A stretch of DNA of 64,000 nucleotides, taken from an uncultured Desulfosarcina sp. (lineage in GTDB: Bacteria; Desulfobacterota; Desulfobacteria; Desulfobacterales; Desulfosarcinaceae). Numbering within the stretch: the stretch's first letter is position 1; each line of letters opens with the position of its first letter. Positions 60,342 through 64,000 of this stretch are shown piece after piece. The stretch lies in assembly GCA_963674945.2 (NCBI GenBank), contig CAXXWQ010000001.1, positions 128,001 to 192,000 of the forward strand, in the 5' to 3' direction. A program made the position numbers and the translations under genes. A model generated the notes under the pieces. That model made no database searches. It was given only the letters and a program-made list of their open reading frames with translations, and was not told the origin of the DNA.

Positions 60342-61811
60342 ATGATAGAAGTGAAGACCGTCAACCTGAAGCGTGCCAAGGTTCAGACCCTGGTGGTTCC
60401 CGTGTGTGAGGATGCGGACATTCATGCCGACAAGACCGTGGTGGCATTGGTCGCGCAGGCAAAGACGCTCGAGGAGTTCAGCGGTAAAAAAGGGGAGCGG
60501 GTGACCTTGTTTCAACCCAAAGATACCCGTATCACCCGAACGGTTTTTCTCGGCATGGGAAAGTCCGAGAACCTTTCCGTCGATTCCATCCGCTCTTTTG
60601 CCGGAAAGGCCGTGCGGGTTTGTATCGATGCGGACCTGCCTTCCTTGACCATTGCAACGCCCGCTGCCAAGGGGCTTTCCATGGGGATCCGAACCCTTTT
60701 TTCGGCACTGATGGAAGGTATTGCCCTGGGAAATCACATTTTCGACCGGTACAAGGAAAAGAAAGAGAAAAAGCCGGTACGCCGTTCGACCCTCATGGCT
60801 ACGGCCGCAGAGAAAAAAGAAGTCGACGGGTTGGCCGAATCGGTGACCAGCATATGTGATGCCAGCATCATGGCAAGGGAGTGGGTGACGACGCCGTCCA
60901 ACGACAAGCGGCCTGAAACCTTTGCCCGGATGATTGAGAAAGAGGCGATCGCCTGCGGATTGAAGGTGAGCGTAAAGGACCACAAATGGCTGGAGAAAAA
61001 CAAATTCGGTGCCATGCTGGCCGTAGGGCAGGGCAGTGATGCAAAATCACGCCTGGTGACCATCGAATATACACCGAAACATGCCAGGGAGACACTTGTA
61101 CTGGTGGGCAAGGGGGTGACCTTTGATTCGGGTGGTATCAACCTGAAACCATCGGGAAGCCTCGAGACCATGAAGATGGACATGTCCGGTGCCGCCGCGG
61201 TGGCCGGTACCATGATGGCCGTGGCGCGGCTCAAGCCGGAAATCAAAGTGGTGGGAATCATGCCACTGGTGGAGAACATGCCTTCGGGAACGGCAATTCG
61301 TCCCGGGGATATCGTCCGGTCCTTTGCAGGCAAAACCATCGAGATCGGCAATACGGATGCCGAAGGACGGTTGATCCTCATCGATGCCATGGCCTGGGCG
61401 GTCAAACAGTACAAACCGGATACCCTGATCGACCTGGCCACCTTGACCGGTGCCTGTGTCATCGCCCTCGGCGAGAAGATTGCCGGTCTGTTTTCGACGG
61501 ATCAGAAGCTGGCCGATGCCATCGTGGAAGCGGGGAAGAATACCCACGAACGCTGCTGGCAACTGCCCTTGCCCGATGATTACAAAGAACTGTTAAAAAA
61601 CGATTTCGCCGATCTGAACAACGTGAGCCGCAGCAGATGGGGGGGGGCCATCACGGCAGCGTTGTTTCTCTCCGAGTTCGTCGGCGATACACCATGGGCA
61701 CACATCGACATCGCCGGACCGGCATGGGCCGCCAAGGCTTCGGATTATTGTGGTACCGGAGGAACCGGTTTCGGCGTGCGGCTACTTTGTGATTGGATTC
61801 AGAATCGATAG
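60342..61811 (+). CDS. pepA: Leucyl aminopeptidase (M17)
   Basis: VGKGVTFDSGG, MKMDMSG, NTDAEGRL, DLATLTG. Confidence 0.95.
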   Translation: MIEVKTVNLKRAKVQTLVVPVCEDADIHADKTVVALVAQAKTLEEFSGKKGERVTLFQPKDTRITRTVFLGMGKSENLSVDSIRSFAGKAVRVCIDADLPSLTIATPAAKGLSMGIRTLFSALMEGIALGNHIFDRYKEKKEKKPVRRSTLMATAAEKKEVDGLAESVTSICDASIMAREWVTTPSNDKRPETFARMIEKEAIACGLKVSVKDHKWLEKNKFGAMLAVGQGSDAKSRLVTIEYTPKHARETLVLVGKGVTFDSGGINLKPSGSLETMKMDMSGAAAVAGTMMAVARLKPEIKVVGIMPLVENMPSGTAIRPGDIVRSFAGKTIEIGNTDAEGRLILIDAMAWAVKQYKPDTLIDLATLTGACVIALGEKIAGLFSTDQKLADAIVEAGKNTHERCWQLPLPDDYKELLKNDFADLNNVSRSRWGGAITAALFLSEFVGDTPWAHIDIAGPAWAAKASDYCGTGGTGFGVRLLCDWIQNR

Positions 61812-61991
61812 GGTTTTATTCAGTCCGCAAAGCGGGTGGCCTGGGTTTGGGATGTAACCGGGTGCAACGCACCCGGTTTGAATACAACTAAGCAGGTATT
61901 CACCTTCGGCTCGATCCATCCTATCCAATCGGCGACGCGACATCAGATTCATTCTGGCTCCCGAATCCTGGCCTCTGACTCCTGTTTTTTG

Positions 61992-63452
61992 TTACTTCCC
62001 AGCAGTCGGCGTGATCAAAAGATCGATCCTTCGGTTGATGGCACGGCCTTCGGCGGTCGTATTGGGGGCCAGGGGCCGTTCCGATCCATACCCCGTCGCC
62101 CGGATTCGTCCTGCCGGAAGTGTGTCGTTGGCGACCAGGTAGGTTTTCACCACATCGGCGCGCCGAAGGGAGAGTTCCTGGCTCGTCAGCGCCTGACCGG
62201 TACTTTCCGTCGTGTCGGTGTGCCCTTCGATGGTGACGAAGGGCTGGCCGAATGTTTTGATTGCCTTCTGGACCTTGCTGAGAAGGATGTAGTTGTCCGG
62301 ACGCAAGGTTGCCTCTCCTGCCGGGAACTGGATGCCCCGCAGCCGAATGACGAGTTGGTTCCCCTGCTTGTAGACCTCGGCTTCATCGCTGCGAAACACC
62401 TCTTGTACCGCATTGTATTGTTCGTCGAAGGCACGCTCTGCTGCCAGTGCTTCCTTGGCTGCTTGCTGTTCGCGCGAATACCCCTTCAGTTCGTTGATTT
62501 GGCTCTGCAGTTGGGCCGATTGCGTCGTAAGGTCTTGGTTCATTTTTGAAAGATACACCTGCCTGCTTTCCATCTCCCGGATAGAACCGGCCAAGTTTGC
62601 GATTTGGTCGTCGAATGCGATGTTTCGTAAATCACCGGCGGAAAGCTTTTCACTCAGGTTCGTCAATATTCTTTCGAAGTAAAGCGCCGTCTGTTCCGGG
62701 TCCATGCTTTTGAATTTGCCGCTGCTTTCCTGGATGGCCATCATTCGCCGTGCCATGAATTCGGCATGGTCCGCTTTTTGGGCGATGGTCGATGCCGCAT
62801 AGGGATTCTGTTCGATGTAGGCGTCCGCCGCCTCGAGGACCTTTTGGGCATCTTCGTATGCCGCTGGAACGATATCTTCGAAATCATTCTCCTTTGCATC
62901 GGCCATCATTTTGCGCGCTTCGCCAAGAGCGGCATCCTTGATGGCCATGATTTCCAATTTCCGAAAGTCGGCCGCGACACCAGGGGCATTTTTCTGGGCG
63001 TAACTCAGATTATCCTTTTCGATGGCCCGGGTGAGTCGTAAAAATTGGTTCTCCACCTCCATATACGGTTTGTCCAGTCTGTCGGCATTCACCGCAAGGG
63101 CTTTGTCCCTGGCCTTGATCGTTTCCGGGAGAATGGTCCGGGATACCTGGGCGATCTCTTCGGCTTTGTCCAAACTCGCGTTTCCATCGGATATGTTCTC
63201 CTGGATGGAGGAGAGTTTGGCTCCCTTTTCCAACCCCTGCCCGGCTTTCATGAATGCGGATTGGGCATCTTCGAAAAGACCGGGGGCCAGCACGTTCACC
63301 TGGTTGGATCGTGCCGACTGGAGACGATTCTCCAGGTTTTTGACCATCTCTCCGGGGCTTCCCTTTGCCGTCGTTTGCGCGATAACCGGAGAGTACATGA
63401 CCATTGAAGCCAGAAGAACCACCAATACGACAGACAGATCTCTTTTTTTCAT
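61992..63452 (-). CDS. Exported coiled-coil protein with C-terminal OmpA-like domain
   Basis: Signal peptide; IEGHTD, LSLRRA, GYG..RP...N....GRAINRRID. Confidence 0.88.
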   Translation of the reverse strand: MKKRDLSVVLVVLLASMVMYSPVIAQTTAKGSPGEMVKNLENRLQSARSNQVNVLAPGLFEDAQSAFMKAGQGLEKGAKLSSIQENISDGNASLDKAEEIAQVSRTILPETIKARDKALAVNADRLDKPYMEVENQFLRLTRAIEKDNLSYAQKNAPGVAADFRKLEIMAIKDAALGEARKMMADAKENDFEDIVPAAYEDAQKVLEAADAYIEQNPYAASTIAQKADHAEFMARRMMAIQESSGKFKSMDPEQTALYFERILTNLSEKLSAGDLRNIAFDDQIANLAGSIREMESRQVYLSKMNQDLTTQSAQLQSQINELKGYSREQQAAKEALAAERAFDEQYNAVQEVFRSDEAEVYKQGNQLVIRLRGIQFPAGEATLRPDNYILLSKVQKAIKTFGQPFVTIEGHTDTTESTGQALTSQELSLRRADVVKTYLVANDTLPAGRIRATGYGSERPLAPNTTAEGRAINRRIDLLITPTAGK

Positions 63453-63499
63453 AACGTTTTTCTCCTCGCTGACACTTCCGAATGTGAATAAAGACAACA

Positions 63500-64000
63500 T
63501 CATCGATGCCTCTCCACCATGGCTTCGGCGATTTTTTCCGCCGATCGGCCGAACAATTCGTCCACGTCCACCTCGTCCAGGTAGGAATCGGACCAGGGAA
63601 TGCTGTTTTCCTGGACAATACTTTTCATGTTCTCGTACTTTCCACCGAGAGCCCTGATTTTATCATCCAGTGCAATCTCGCCCTTGAAACCGATATTGAG
63701 CAAGAGCAGGTATCGAATGCGATTGCCGTCGGTTGGATCCTCGGAGGTGGCCGGAATCACGACGATGCTTCGGCCGTCTTTCCGTCCTTTACCGATATAG
63801 ACATTGCCCTGGCGAACGATGATCCGTTTGGAACCCTTAAGCACGTTGTCCGTCTCCACCCGGGAGGTCAGGTTCGCCAGAATTCCCGTTTTCTTCAATA
63901 TGGCGATAGTGGTCTGATCCGTCGGATCGCCCAAAATTCCAAGGCCATCGATGCGATAGAGGATGCTTCCCTTGATCTTTTCGATAACGGCCTGGATGTT
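63500..64000 (-). CDS. C-terminal part of a larger protein, possibly a long GlmS-like/SIS-domain protein
   Basis: Open frame from the window edge: NIQAVIEKIKGSILYRIDGL...SRVETDN.LKGSKR...GKGRKDGRSI; family assignment is from memory only. Confidence 0.55.
   Translation of the reverse strand, partial: NIQAVIEKIKGSILYRIDGLGILGDPTDQTTIAILKKTGILANLTSRVETDNVLKGSKRIIVRQGNVYIGKGRKDGRSIVVIPATSEDPTDGNRIRYLLLLNIGFKGEIALDDKIRALGGKYENMKSIVQENSIPWSDSYLDEVDVDELFGRSAEKIAEAMVERHR

Overview
A moderately GC-rich bacterial chromosome segment. Gene content and repeat style point to a sulfate-reducing Desulfobacterales, probably Desulfosarcina-like (inference). All calls are by-eye motif recognition; no database searches were run. 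From left to right: (1) a minus-strand, probably sigma54-driven cluster hsp20 / glycogen-binding (CBM48-like) protein / glucan phosphorylase, running straight into atpD of an N-type ATPase operon. (2) Two tandem molybdate/tungstate-type ABC transporters with two DUF364-like genes and an XRE-HTH/PBP regulator; one modC has lost its TOBE domain through a deletion plus frameshift. (3) A lower-GC decaying island next to tRNA-Asn with an IS1595 element carrying NrdR-box-like motifs, extra ihfA and KH-domain genes, pseudogene remnants (exonuclease, IS3 orfA, AbiEii), and an intact AEP-primase / SF2-helicase / PLD-nuclease fusion that is a candidate defence protein. (4) An unclassified 2.46-kb IS (5-bp TSD) splitting the first gene of a hypothetical-PBP1A-SPOR operon. 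(5) The mercury methylation pair hgcA-hgcB, separated by a MITE and bracketed by further repeats. (6) Housekeeping and accessory genes: surE, Nudix, KamA-like, BHMT-like, rfbBACD, B12-radical SAM, an atypical NtrC-like regulator, aroB, a DUF3524/QTMAN-like glycosyltransferase, a sulfatase, cyclophilin, pepA and an OmpA-family protein. No CRISPR array or rRNA was seen.
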